From Candidatus Kerfeldbacteria bacterium (GTDB taxonomy: Bacteria; Patescibacteriota; Patescibacteriia; SBBC01; CAIJZX01): 64,000 nt of DNA. Of this stretch, positions 29,327-38,524 are shown one piece after another. The stretch lies in NCBI GenBank assembly GCA_016193315.1, contig JACPSJ010000004.1:1708-65707 (forward strand). The letters run 5' to 3'. A program made the translations under genes and the position numbers. Position 1 is the stretch's first letter; each line of letters begins with the position of its first letter. The notes under the pieces were generated by a model. That model did not search any database. It was not told where the DNA came from and saw only the letters and a program-made list of their open reading frames with translations.

Positions 29327-29409
29327 TCGTCTTGGCGGGCGGGGGCTGACCTAACCTAGCGCCTTTTGGCGGGAGAAACTGTAACCCGAATGAAAAGATA
29401 GCGCAAGTA

Positions 29410-30597
29410 TTATTTGCCGCGGGAATATTCCTGACTGACCGTGACGCCGTATTGTTCCAAGTCAAGGAGCACGGCTTTCCGGGCGGATGAATCGAGTGCT
29501 TCAGGCGGGTAGACCCCCTGTCGCATCAAGCCCGGCCGCCCATGCAACAGCGCAAAAGCGGCGGCGGCCACGCCGGTAGGGTAAGAAATGTAGGTCGCAC
29601 CGGGGAAAAGGCGCGAAATTTTCTTGAGGTCTGGATACCGGGCGACGGCGTTAATCCGTATGTGGCGACGACCGACCCGGCCCTCGGTTTCGACCACCGA
29701 CAGGAAAGTACCTTGTTCAACAATGCCCGAGCGAATCAGGCGGATCATGGTTTTGGGATCCGGCACGCGCGGGGCCAGCTTGGCGAACAACTCCACGGGC
29801 ACGACTGACCGGCCATGAACCGTGACCGGGCGACGATTGAATAGCCCCAGACGGTAGAGCGCTTTGGAAAAATCGACATCGGTGCCGCTGGCCTTATAAT
29901 CGACGTCGCGGCTGCTGATGTAGCGCGGAATCGTCGCCACCTCATCACCATAGATGCTAACCGCCAGTCGTCGGCCGAAGGGGGCCGGAAAATTGCACTG
30001 TTGTGCATCCGCAAAAGGTTTGGTCGATGTATATCGACCGTGACGGTAGACCAGTGGCGGCGAAGTCAACTCGCGGAGGGCCACGACCGGCGACCAGGTA
30101 AAGATGAGTTCACTGGCGATCTGCTCTTCCATGACGCGGATACCAATGTGGTCAACGCGGTCAAGTTTCTCGGCCGTCTGACGGGCCAGGAGATTAGTGA
30201 TGCCCGGAGACACGCCGGCGTTGATCAGCCCCATCAGTCCCGCCCGACGAAACTGACGGTCGAGGCGCAGTTGCTCGGGATGAACGTCATCCTGCAGGGC
30301 GGCGTCGAGATCTTGGTAATGACTGCCAATTTTCAAGGCGGCCCTCATAACGGCCAGGTTGAAATCTGGCAAGCTAGCGTTGATGATGAGTCGAGCGCCT
30401 CGGCCCGCGGCGACAATTGATCGTGGGTTGTTCGCCTCAACCCTAACCAGGCGAATTTTCTTATGGCCGGCAATAAACAATCGAGCTCGCCGCAGATCCC
30501 GGGCGCCACAACGAACTTCTTCGACTGCCGGCCGGCGGGCAAGAAGTTTCGTTAGGACAGAAGCAACTGCGCCAGCACCTACGACCAGTATTTTCAT
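29410..30597 (-). CDS. Saccharopine dehydrogenase family oxidoreductase
   Basis: KILVVGAGAVA Rossmann motif, HYQDL, AGVSPGITN, GVYPPEAL. Confidence 0.88.
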   Translation of the reverse strand: MKILVVGAGAVASVLTKLLARRPAVEEVRCGARDLRRARLFIAGHKKIRLVRVEANNPRSIVAAGRGARLIINASLPDFNLAVMRAALKIGSHYQDLDAALQDDVHPEQLRLDRQFRRAGLMGLINAGVSPGITNLLARQTAEKLDRVDHIGIRVMEEQIASELIFTWSPVVALRELTSPPLVYRHGRYTSTKPFADAQQCNFPAPFGRRLAVSIYGDEVATIPRYISSRDVDYKASGTDVDFSKALYRLGLFNRRPVTVHGRSVVPVELFAKLAPRVPDPKTMIRLIRSGIVEQGTFLSVVETEGRVGRRHIRINAVARYPDLKKISRLFPGATYISYPTGVAAAAFALLHGRPGLMRQGVYPPEALDSSARKAVLLDLEQYGVTVSQEYSRGK

Positions 30598-30718
30598 GTG
30601 CTTAGTATACCAAACATTTCGGTCTCGATCACTGTTCAGCCGAACTGCCAGGGAGCCACGTAAGATGGAATTAACATAACCAGAATTCTGCCCACGACCC
30701 GTGTCTTGGGTACAACCC

Positions 30719-30743
30719 TGGTTGCAGGAGGGGGAGTCGACCC
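30719..30743 (-). pseudogene. 3'-end remnant of tRNA-fMet (with CCA), adjoined by palindromic hairpins
   Basis: Minus strand GGGTCGACTCCCCCTCCTGCAACCA versus intact GGTTCGACTCCCCCTCCCGCAA; cccgcc..ggcggg hairpins at ~30750-30815. Confidence 0.7.
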
Positions 30744-30884
30744 TGGCCAGCGGCGACCCGCCACCGGCGGCTCGCCGGACGTTCTCCCGCCATGCGGCGG
30801 GACCACTTCTGGCCTTCTCCTCCCCTCGAACTTATGTCCAAGCAAAGTCCTCTCCATGAACACCCTTCCTGGAGAAAACCTTAC

Positions 30885-30956
30885 TTGCGGGAGGGGGAGT
30901 CGAACCCCCTGCCTGCGGATTATGAGCCCGCCGTGCATCCGTTACACTTCCCCGCG
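30885..30956 (-). tRNA. Initiator-type tRNA-Met(CAT), CCA not encoded
   Basis: C1:A72 mismatch (CGCGGGG/TCCCGCA), GCGGG-CTCATAA-TCCGC arm, GGGGG-TTCGACT-CCCCC T-arm. Confidence 0.88.
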
Positions 30957-31059
30957 ATGTGAATGCTCGTTCTGAGCCACCGTAGTGTAGGCGCTAACCT
31001 CGGCCCTGTCAAGAACCAAGAACATTGGTGCAATCGAGAAACATTGGTACACTACCAGC

Positions 31060-31599
31060 ATGTTCCTGACCACCCACGCCGCTGCCGGTTTAGCCATCAG
31101 CCGCATCGTCAATGATCCGCTGGCCGTCTTTAGCCTATCGTTCGCCTCGCACTTCGTTCTCGATTTCATCCCGCACGGCGATGAACATCTCTATGGTGAC
31201 TATCTCCAGCCCAGCCCTCATCGCTTCCGCCGCGCCGTGGCGGTCAACGCGGTCGACCTGATAGCGCTTATCGGTTTGGCGGTCTGGGCGGTCCGACAAC
31301 CACTCAGTCCGAGCACCCAGCTGATGCTCATCGGCATCCTGGGCAGTATCGTACCGGATTTCTTGAGCCACTTCTTCCCACTCCTTCATCAGCGATTGTC
31401 GTGGTTATTTCTGGTCCGCTGGATCTACGCCGCGACCAAACCGACCGGCCTGCGTTACGTCGTCCGTGGTCAAGATTGGCTGCATCGAATTTCTCATCAC
31501 CGAATTATCAGAACCGACGTCCCACTGACTGTCGGCGTGGTGATGCAAATCGGATTGGTGGCCGCCTTCTTTGCCCTGGTACGATCTTCGCCTCCGTAG
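31060..31599 (+). CDS. Membrane protein, putative metal-dependent hydrolase
   Basis: MFLTTHAAAG, ASHFVLDFIPHGD, GSIVPD motifs with TM segments. Confidence 0.75.
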   Translation: MFLTTHAAAGLAISRIVNDPLAVFSLSFASHFVLDFIPHGDEHLYGDYLQPSPHRFRRAVAVNAVDLIALIGLAVWAVRQPLSPSTQLMLIGILGSIVPDFLSHFFPLLHQRLSWLFLVRWIYAATKPTGLRYVVRGQDWLHRISHHRIIRTDVPLTVGVVMQIGLVAAFFALVRSSPP

Positions 31600-31606
31600 C
31601 CCTGGC

Positions 31607-32248
31607 CTAGGGCCCGCTGTCCAAGAGCAGCGACGGCTGAGTCCAAACAAAACTCCGTTCGGCGATATCTCCCACCCCGCGACTGACGAGCGTCAGGTCT
31701 CTTAGTTCACTCCAGTTGATGGTCCGGTTGGCCTGGAAAACCGCCAAGCCGGCTTGCGGTGAGACTACCACCGCCGTGTTGCTGAGTCGGGCCGGACGGA
31801 TCATGGGGTGCCAGTCGAGCAATTGGAAGATGGGGCCTCTTTCAGCTGCCAGGGTTAAACTGTTTTTGACGTTGTCGTCGGGAATCGGTCCGGCCACGCT
31901 GTCGAGCGTCAGGAAGATCGCTATCGCTTTCGCCGGCAAATCAACCAGCTGTCGGTAGAGTTGATCTTCAGTCTCCGACCGTTGCTGGTCTTCGCCCAGG
32001 GCGGCGATCGCTGGGGGCAGCAGCACCGTGGCGGTCATCAGCACCGACCCCTGAGCCTGATCTTGACGCCAAGCCGCTTCGTAGAACGCGGCGTAACGCT
32101 CACGGGCTTGGTTGGAGCTGGCGTCGTTCGAACCACCAGTCTGGAGAGAGCCGCGAACCACAGAAAATCCCACCACCACAACCAGCGCGGCTAGGGCCGC
32201 CGTACTTCCCCCCACCAACCACAGCTTAGCGGGGGCTAAAAATAGCAT
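31607..32248 (-). CDS. Hypothetical membrane-anchored protein
   Basis: N-terminal hydrophobic helix; overlaps the 3' end of the M56 gene. Confidence 0.65.
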   Translation of the reverse strand: MLFLAPAKLWLVGGSTAALAALVVVVGFSVVRGSLQTGGSNDASSNQARERYAAFYEAAWRQDQAQGSVLMTATVLLPPAIAALGEDQQRSETEDQLYRQLVDLPAKAIAIFLTLDSVAGPIPDDNVKNSLTLAAERGPIFQLLDWHPMIRPARLSNTAVVVSPQAGLAVFQANRTINWSELRDLTLVSRGVGDIAERSFVWTQPSLLLDSGP

Positions 32249-33236
32249 TGTTGCCTGGCCGAACCGACGAGCTGGGGCGGAAACACAACCAGCCCTCACG
32301 TTCGAGGCAGACCATCGATGGCGTGTCGGCAGAGCGGATCAGGCCGTGGCACATCCGGATCGTTTCCTGGCACAGACTCCGCGGAGCCGACGGAAAACTC
32401 TGGGCGGTGGCTGCGCTCCAGCGGGCGAACAGAACAACGAAGCCAATCACCGCCAGGGCGCTGAGCACGGCCGGCCAGCGCCAGAGGAAAAGTTTTGGCT
32501 GCCAACGGCGATCGAGCAACCGTTCGATCCGATCATGATTCGGGGAAAACGTCGGCAGCGGGCCGGTTTCAACGATCGCCAACTTCAGAAAGGCCCCCCC
32601 GAGCGCCCGGTGCTGTTGGTTACCCGCCGTCACCACGGCATCAGCGGCCAGTTCGCGAAGCCGAAAAGCCGCCCCCACCCATGTCCGCAACCACGGCAAC
32701 CAGAACCAGGCCGTGCCCAAGCTGTCGAGCGCCGCCGACCACAGCGGGTCACGGGCCCGGCAGTGGGCCTGTTCATGACGGATGACCGCGGTCAGTTCCG
32801 ACTTCGTCAGCCGCCGAACCAGTCCGGCGGTAATCACGATCATCGGTCGCCAGAGCCCAATAGTCATTGCTTTTGGCTGCCGGTCCGGCGTCACCGTGAT
32901 GGTCAGGCCAGTGGGCTGATGGTGAACCTGCCGGCCGGTGGCCGCCAGCCGACGTTGCCAGCGCTGCTGACCGAACAGGTGACGACCAAAAAACCAGGCC
33001 CACCGGCCGGCCACGGTGGTGGCCGCGACCAGGGCCAGGAAGGAAACGATGACGGATGAGCTGGTTAAGCCCATGGCCACGGTGCCACAGCCGCAGTTCA
33101 CCAGTTGCGGTTGCAGATAGGGAGCCACACTTAACCACTGCCGCCAAGCCAGGAACAGAGCCGTGACCACCAGCCCGAGACCAAAACTAGCCACGGTCCA
33201 ACGAATGGCCTGGTAGCGACGGTGATCGGCGTTCAT
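32226..33236 (-). CDS. M56 family (BlaR1-like) metallopeptidase
   Basis: AVIRHEQAHCRARDP, RELAADA, TM helices; downstream of a BlaI-like gene. Confidence 0.9.
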   Translation of the reverse strand: MNADHRRYQAIRWTVASFGLGLVVTALFLAWRQWLSVAPYLQPQLVNCGCGTVAMGLTSSSVIVSFLALVAATTVAGRWAWFFGRHLFGQQRWQRRLAATGRQVHHQPTGLTITVTPDRQPKAMTIGLWRPMIVITAGLVRRLTKSELTAVIRHEQAHCRARDPLWSAALDSLGTAWFWLPWLRTWVGAAFRLRELAADAVVTAGNQQHRALGGAFLKLAIVETGPLPTFSPNHDRIERLLDRRWQPKLFLWRWPAVLSALAVIGFVVLFARWSAATAQSFPSAPRSLCQETIRMCHGLIRSADTPSMVCLEREGWLCFRPSSSVRPGNNAIFSPR

Positions 33237-33312
33237 CCCGTTAGACAGTCAGCCAGCAAATGAGATGGCCTGATCTGATGTTCGCGCATGGTTGAAGGGC
33301 GGTCTAACGGGA

Positions 33313-33699
33313 TCATGGCTGCCGGTCCGTCCGGAGGCGATGACGCAACCGCTGTGCCTTGGCGGCGGGAATTCGGTCGACGGTGCTGAGAAACTGGGCC
33401 AGTGCCAGGTCGCCGTACTGGCGGATGAGGGTGGTAATTTCCTGACGCGTGGCCGCCTGGGCGTGCGCTTCGCGGCTCTGGGTCGGCGCGTACCGAAAAG
33501 CGCCGCTGGTTGTCGGCCGCCTTTTTAACCACCCTTGCTCAGTCAGTCGATTCATCACCGTCATGACCGTGGTGTAGGCCACCCGGTGTCGGGGCCGCAG
33601 AAAGCCGAGTACCTGTCTGACCGTCACTGACCCTTGTTGCCAAGCCACATCCATGATTGCTTGCTTCAGTCGGCCGAAGATTGTCTTCCGGTAGACCAT
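33313..33699 (-). CDS. BlaI/MecI/CopY family repressor
   Basis: IMDVAW, VTVRQV, VAYTTVMTVMNRLTEQGWL. Confidence 0.92.
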   Translation of the reverse strand: MVYRKTIFGRLKQAIMDVAWQQGSVTVRQVLGFLRPRHRVAYTTVMTVMNRLTEQGWLKRRPTTSGAFRYAPTQSREAHAQAATRQEITTLIRQYGDLALAQFLSTVDRIPAAKAQRLRHRLRTDRQP

Positions 33700-33754
33700 A
33701 ACGAATGCCTTTACGACAGACTGTAGCAGAGATGGGCCGGCTCAGCAAGAGGGG

Positions 33755-35311
33755 TTAGATGAGCAGCAGGCTGACCGTCAGGTAGAGAACCATCAGGGTG
33801 CCAACGATGGTCGGATGATGCTGCCGCTCGAGGTGGATAATGACGTTCAGCACGGCCACAATTAGCATGGCCACCAAGAAGGCCATCAAGAAGTTACGGG
33901 AGTAGGTGACAACGTTAAGGGCTTTGACGACCGGGCCCGACTTGGCGGCCGCCACGCCGGCGGTGAAGAGATCGGTATCGACCAGGCCCACCCGGGCTTC
34001 ATTCCCGACTTGGTCGCTGACCACCACCGACAGCACCGATGAAGGATTCTGGCGGCTATTCACCCTCACCTGACCGACAAAGGCCCCACCCTGTCGGGTC
34101 AAGAAGCTGAGATTGGATCCGCAGCTACACCGGACGCTCACCACATCCGCGCTGGTGGCCACCGCTACATCGTAGGTATCGGGCTCAACGGCTGAAATGA
34201 GTGCGTAGCTCTGTTCCTGATCGACTGTGGGCGGGGTCGTGTCGACCGTCACTAGTCGAGCGGTCTCGTTCGGGCTGGTCAATCCACGAGCCACGGCGCG
34301 GACCGTCAAGCGGTGCGGTCCGTCAGCCATGGTTTGTTCGGGACTGAGGCTGTAGACTCCATCCTGACCGGCGATCGTAGCCCCCACGACCCGACCATCG
34401 ATTAACAGTTCAACCCGGCTAGCCGCTTCGGCCTGCCCCACCACGGTCGGCGTCTTAGTCCGCAGCAGCGCTTCTGGGTCGGGCGTGGCGATCGAAGGTG
34501 TGGCCGGGGGTACGGGCGGCGGGGGCGGAGCAGGCGCCGGCGGTGTTGGAGATACCGGCGCTGGCGCCGGCGGTGGGGAGGTGGACGGCGCCGGGGACGT
34601 GTCGGTCGCCGAGGCCACTCTCGACAGTTCCTCCTTGACCACCGTTGGGTTCGGTGTCTGGGCTGGTTGGGCCGCCAGGCGGGTGGTGGTTTTCGGGAGC
34701 GGCGTGCCGAACATCTGGACCACCAGGATGGACTGGGCGCCTTGGAACTTGCCGCTGACTACGGCCACGCCGAGGTCGCGAAACTTGGGGCTCAGCAGGT
34801 TGGTCCGGTGAGACGGTGAGGCCAGCCAGGCCGCCATCACATCTTCGCTTTCGACATAGTCAATCGCCAGATTCTCACCGGCGTACCGGTAGGCGTAACC
34901 GGCTCTCTTGAACCAGTGCCACGGCGTCAAATTACTCGGGCTGACATGGGCAAAATATTGCTCGCGCAACATGTTGTCGGCCTTGCTTTGGGCGGCGCGG
35001 TTGAGCAAACTGTTAACGGTCAGCGTGGCCACCTGATTTTTCTGGCGAGTCTTGTTTGTCAAATTGATGATGTTGCTGGCCGTGACATCAGACAGTCGGA
35101 CCGGAGTCGAGTAAAATCCGACCACACCAATAGCCACGATTTTCACCAGCACGATCGCCGCCGCATACACCCCCAGCCAGTGGTGGCGGATAGCGTGTGG
35201 ACGATAATCATTGCCTTCATGAGGGATGAAGGCATTCTTCAGGTGGTGTTTGACGCGATGGAGGTGACGCTGCATAGAATCGCTCAACGACTTACGATGA
35301 AGGAGAAACAT
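33755..35311 (-). CDS. CAP (SCP) domain protein with Pro-rich linker, Ig-like domain and C-terminal TM helices
   Basis: YFAHVSP, YAGENLA, AWLASPSHRTNLL; start could be 35275. Confidence 0.9.
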   Translation of the reverse strand: MFLLHRKSLSDSMQRHLHRVKHHLKNAFIPHEGNDYRPHAIRHHWLGVYAAAIVLVKIVAIGVVGFYSTPVRLSDVTASNIINLTNKTRQKNQVATLTVNSLLNRAAQSKADNMLREQYFAHVSPSNLTPWHWFKRAGYAYRYAGENLAIDYVESEDVMAAWLASPSHRTNLLSPKFRDLGVAVVSGKFQGAQSILVVQMFGTPLPKTTTRLAAQPAQTPNPTVVKEELSRVASATDTSPAPSTSPPPAPAPVSPTPPAPAPPPPPVPPATPSIATPDPEALLRTKTPTVVGQAEAASRVELLIDGRVVGATIAGQDGVYSLSPEQTMADGPHRLTVRAVARGLTSPNETARLVTVDTTPPTVDQEQSYALISAVEPDTYDVAVATSADVVSVRCSCGSNLSFLTRQGGAFVGQVRVNSRQNPSSVLSVVVSDQVGNEARVGLVDTDLFTAGVAAAKSGPVVKALNVVTYSRNFLMAFLVAMLIVAVLNVIIHLERQHHPTIVGTLMVLYLTVSLLLI

Positions 35312-35356
35312 TGTAGTTTAGCAGAAAATAGGCCAAAAGTCAAGTGCTTGTGCGTC

Positions 35357-36034
35357 CTAGTCGACAATTGGTTCGCCGGCTTGGCGTTCAACCGCCAGAA
35401 TCTTTCGCCGCTGGCGGCCATCGTGGAACGTGCCAACATAGTGCGGCTCCGCACCACGTGTCCACGAGTAGGATGCTGGCCAGTTGGAAAACGCCAAACC
35501 CGTTTTGAAATGCTTGGTCGGTAAACCGACCGTCACCCGCGAAACATCACCGGAAATAATCAGTTCCTGGTGTGACGACACCATCGACCACAAATCTTGA
35601 TGAAGAGTGTCCTCAATATTCTTGATAACCACGACTCGTTCCCGCCAGTCGGTCAGCGCTCGGAGGAGGCGCCCGAGCTGCCGGCTGGATCGATGGAAAA
35701 TCGTCACCAGCCGACTGTCCGCCAGGGCGGGAACATCGCGCCCGGTCACCTGATCAGTTTTTATAGCCGGTCGTTGCAAACCGAGTTCGTGTTGGAGTGA
35801 TCGAACGGCCTGGCCCCGGCTACACAAAAAGACGACCGATTCGCCGCGTCGGACCAAGTTAGCGGTGATGATGATGGTTGCAAACGAGGCGCCACTCCCG
35901 GCTTGACCATGGATCAAGCAGGGTAATTGGCGAACATGGAGCCCCCAGGGCCGGCCGGTGGCGACCTCGTTCAGTTGCCAAGACATGGTTCGGTCGACTG
36001 GCTCAATCTGACAGTCGTGGTAGAATGGGAACAC
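35357..36034 (-). CDS. Hypothetical protein with degenerate P-loop
   Basis: CLIHGQAGSGASF (Walker-A-like, no Lys); start uncertain. Confidence 0.65.
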   Translation of the reverse strand: MFPFYHDCQIEPVDRTMSWQLNEVATGRPWGLHVRQLPCLIHGQAGSGASFATIIITANLVRRGESVVFLCSRGQAVRSLQHELGLQRPAIKTDQVTGRDVPALADSRLVTIFHRSSRQLGRLLRALTDWRERVVVIKNIEDTLHQDLWSMVSSHQELIISGDVSRVTVGLPTKHFKTGLAFSNWPASYSWTRGAEPHYVGTFHDGRQRRKILAVERQAGEPIVD

Positions 36035-36060
36035 CTAATCCCAGGTAACGCCATGGTACT

Positions 36061-36645
36061 ATGAAATACTCCTTGCCACCACTCCCGTACCCCTACGACG
36101 CCCTCGAGCCGTCGATCGACGAGCGGACAATGGAGATCCATCATACCAAACACCATCAGACGTATGTCGATAAGTTGAATGCGGCGCTCGACAAACACCC
36201 AGCGATCGCTGACCGTCCGCTCGAACAGCTGCTCGGTTCGCTGGCCGACCTGAACATCCCCGCGGCCGACAAAATGATGATTCGCAACCACGGGGGCGGT
36301 CACTCCAACCACCGCTTCTTCTGGCAGATCATGGGGCCGAACAAGTCCGTCGATAAAACGCTCGTCAGCGACATCACGAGTGAGTACGGTTCGGTTGAAG
36401 CCTTCAAGAAAACCTTCAGCGACATGGCGGCCAACTTGTTCGGTAGCGGCTGGGTCTGGTTGGCGCGCGACGAAAATGGCAAGCTCCACCTCCACCAGAT
36501 GGCCAATCAGGATTCGCCTCTTCTCCACGGCCATGAACCAGTCATCGGGCTCGACGTCTGGGAACATGCCTATTACTTGAAGTACCAGAATCGCCGGGCT
36601 GACTACATCAAGGCTTGGTGGAGCGTCTTGAAAATACTACCCTAG
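36061..36645 (+). CDS. sodA: Fe/Mn superoxide dismutase
   Basis: HHTKHHQTY, GGGHSNHRFFW, FGSGWVWL, DVWEHAYY. Confidence 0.97.
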   Translation: MKYSLPPLPYPYDALEPSIDERTMEIHHTKHHQTYVDKLNAALDKHPAIADRPLEQLLGSLADLNIPAADKMMIRNHGGGHSNHRFFWQIMGPNKSVDKTLVSDITSEYGSVEAFKKTFSDMAANLFGSGWVWLARDENGKLHLHQMANQDSPLLHGHEPVIGLDVWEHAYYLKYQNRRADYIKAWWSVLKILP

Positions 36646-36760
36646 CCCGACCGACTCCCGCCGCGTTTGAACCACCAACTAGGTGGTTCTTTGGTCATTA
36701 CCGGGCCCTCTCCTTTCCAAGAGAGGGCTGCCTCCGAGCTTGCCGAGGGGCTGGGTGAGG

Positions 36761-37132
36761 TCAGTGATGGCCCAGGGCTTGCTGGACCGCTTCTAAACTC
36801 AACGTGGCGCATCTTAGTCGCGCCGGGTTCACCTCGACGCCGAGAAGTTTCAGTACGTCGTCCTTCGTCAACTTCTCTGATTCAGCCCGCGACAGACCCT
36901 TGATTTTTTCAGACAGCATTGAGGCGCTGGCTATCGAGATGGTGCAACCTTGGCCGGTGAACTTGACCGCGGCGATTTTTTCTTGCTCATCAAACTTCAG
37001 AAAAAAATCCAACTCATCGCCGCAGAGAGGATTGGCCACGTGGGCATGATGTTGCGCGCCAAGAAGTGGTCCGAAGTTTCTTGGGTATTTATAGTGATCC
37101 AGAATATTTTGCTGATACATCGCTAGCGACAT
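36761..37132 (-). CDS. sufU: SufU/NifU-like Fe-S assembly protein
   Basis: ILDHYKYPRN, NPLCGD, GCTIS, RLRCATL. Confidence 0.93.
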   Translation of the reverse strand: MSLAMYQQNILDHYKYPRNFGPLLGAQHHAHVANPLCGDELDFFLKFDEQEKIAAVKFTGQGCTISIASASMLSEKIKGLSRAESEKLTKDDVLKLLGVEVNPARLRCATLSLEAVQQALGHH

Positions 37133-37181
37133 AGCTCGTTTTCTTTATTCCTCCCCCGCCTGGGGGGGTGGGGGTGGTGGG

Positions 37182-38522
37182 TCATGCAAACATCCCCTGA
37201 ATCTTGATTATCCCCTTTACCAGCTGATCGATATCTTTCTTGGAGTTATATAGATAGCACGACGCCCGCGCCGTGGCCGGTAGCCCGAACTTGCGATGCA
37301 GAATCATAGCGCAGTGGTGGCCGGCTCGGATCGCGACCCCCTGCTCGTCGAGGATCGATCCGATGTCGTGGGGATGCACGCCGTCGATGGTAAACGCGAA
37401 GATAGCACCACGACCCGCTCCCCCTGCCCTGCCTATCCCGAGCTTGCCGAGGGAAGGGCGAGCATCCGCCGTAGGCGGAGGGGAGGTCACCCCTCCTTGT
37501 AAAGGAGGGGTCGCGGCGGGGGTGGTGGGAGCACCCAGCACTTTTACACCGCTGATCTGGGATAGCTGTTCCAGCCCATACCTCGTCAACTCCTGTTCAT
37601 GCTGCCAGACATTATCCATGCCGATTTTTTGCAAGTAATCAATCGCTGCGCCTAATCCAATCGTCCCAGCGATGTTCGGCGTCCCCGCCTCGAATTTCCA
37701 GGGCAATTCATTCCACTGCGCTCCCTCTTTCGTCACTTCCAGAATCATGTCGCCGCCGCGCAGGAATGGCGGCAAGTCTTGGAGAATTTCCTGTTTCGCA
37801 TACAGCGCCCCAATCCCGGTCGGCGCCAGCATTTTATGTCCGGAGAACACCAGGAAATCCGCATCGAGATCCTGCACATCAACTGGCATGTGCGGTGTCG
37901 ATTGTGCAGCGTCAACCAGTATTTTCGCGCCGACCGAATGTGCTTTTTTAGCGATCATTTTTACATCGTTCACCATGCCCAACACATTCGACATCTGAGT
38001 AATCGCCACCAGCTTCACGCCTTTCAGCAACTCACCAAGATTCGACAAATCAAGCTCACCGTTATCCGTTACCCGAATCCACCGTAATTCCGCTCCCCCT
38101 TGATTAGGGGGAGCTGCGCGTAGCGCTGAGGGGGTGGGGGGTGGAAGCCACGGCACGATATTCGAATGGTGCTCCATCTCCGTCGTCAGGATCGCGTCAC
38201 CCCTTCCAATACTCTTCCCAAATGTGTTGGCCACCAGATTGATCGCCTCGGTCGCGTTGCGAGTAAAAATAATTTCCTTCGTCGATTTTGCATTGATAAA
38301 CTTCCGCACCTTTTCACGCGCACCTTCGTACGCATCCGTGGCTCTCACCGACAAAGCATACACACCGCGATGCACGTTCACCCCATACTGTTCGTAATAT
38401 TCTCGCTCCGCATCAATCACCGCCTGCGGTTTCAAGCTGGTGGCGGTGGAATCTAAATAGACCAGCTTCGGATTGGCCTTGAACATCGGGAAGTCGTTCT
38501 TGATCGTTTCAGTAGACAGCAT
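37182..38522 (-). CDS. sufS: Cysteine desulfurase SufS with two in-frame palindromic insertions
   Basis: YLDSTAT, EHHSNIVPW, FSGHKML, FEAGTP, RAGHHCA. Confidence 0.96.
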   Translation of the reverse strand: MLSTETIKNDFPMFKANPKLVYLDSTATSLKPQAVIDAEREYYEQYGVNVHRGVYALSVRATDAYEGAREKVRKFINAKSTKEIIFTRNATEAINLVANTFGKSIGRGDAILTTEMEHHSNIVPWLPPPTPSALRAAPPNQGGAELRWIRVTDNGELDLSNLGELLKGVKLVAITQMSNVLGMVNDVKMIAKKAHSVGAKILVDAAQSTPHMPVDVQDLDADFLVFSGHKMLAPTGIGALYAKQEILQDLPPFLRGGDMILEVTKEGAQWNELPWKFEAGTPNIAGTIGLGAAIDYLQKIGMDNVWQHEQELTRYGLEQLSQISGVKVLGAPTTPAATPPLQGGVTSPPPTADARPSLGKLGIGRAGGAGRGAIFAFTIDGVHPHDIGSILDEQGVAIRAGHHCAMILHRKFGLPATARASCYLYNSKKDIDQLVKGIIKIQGMFA

Positions 38523-38524
38523 GG

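Noticed and set aside
28905-29343. CRISPR array or group I intron explanation for the repeats
   Set aside because: No regularly spaced identical repeats and no cas genes. Inserts are 16-55 bp hairpins or contain a tRNA, with no recognisable ribozyme core.
34485-34600. GC-rich low-complexity tract
   Set aside because: Encodes the ordinary Pro-rich linker of the CAP protein.
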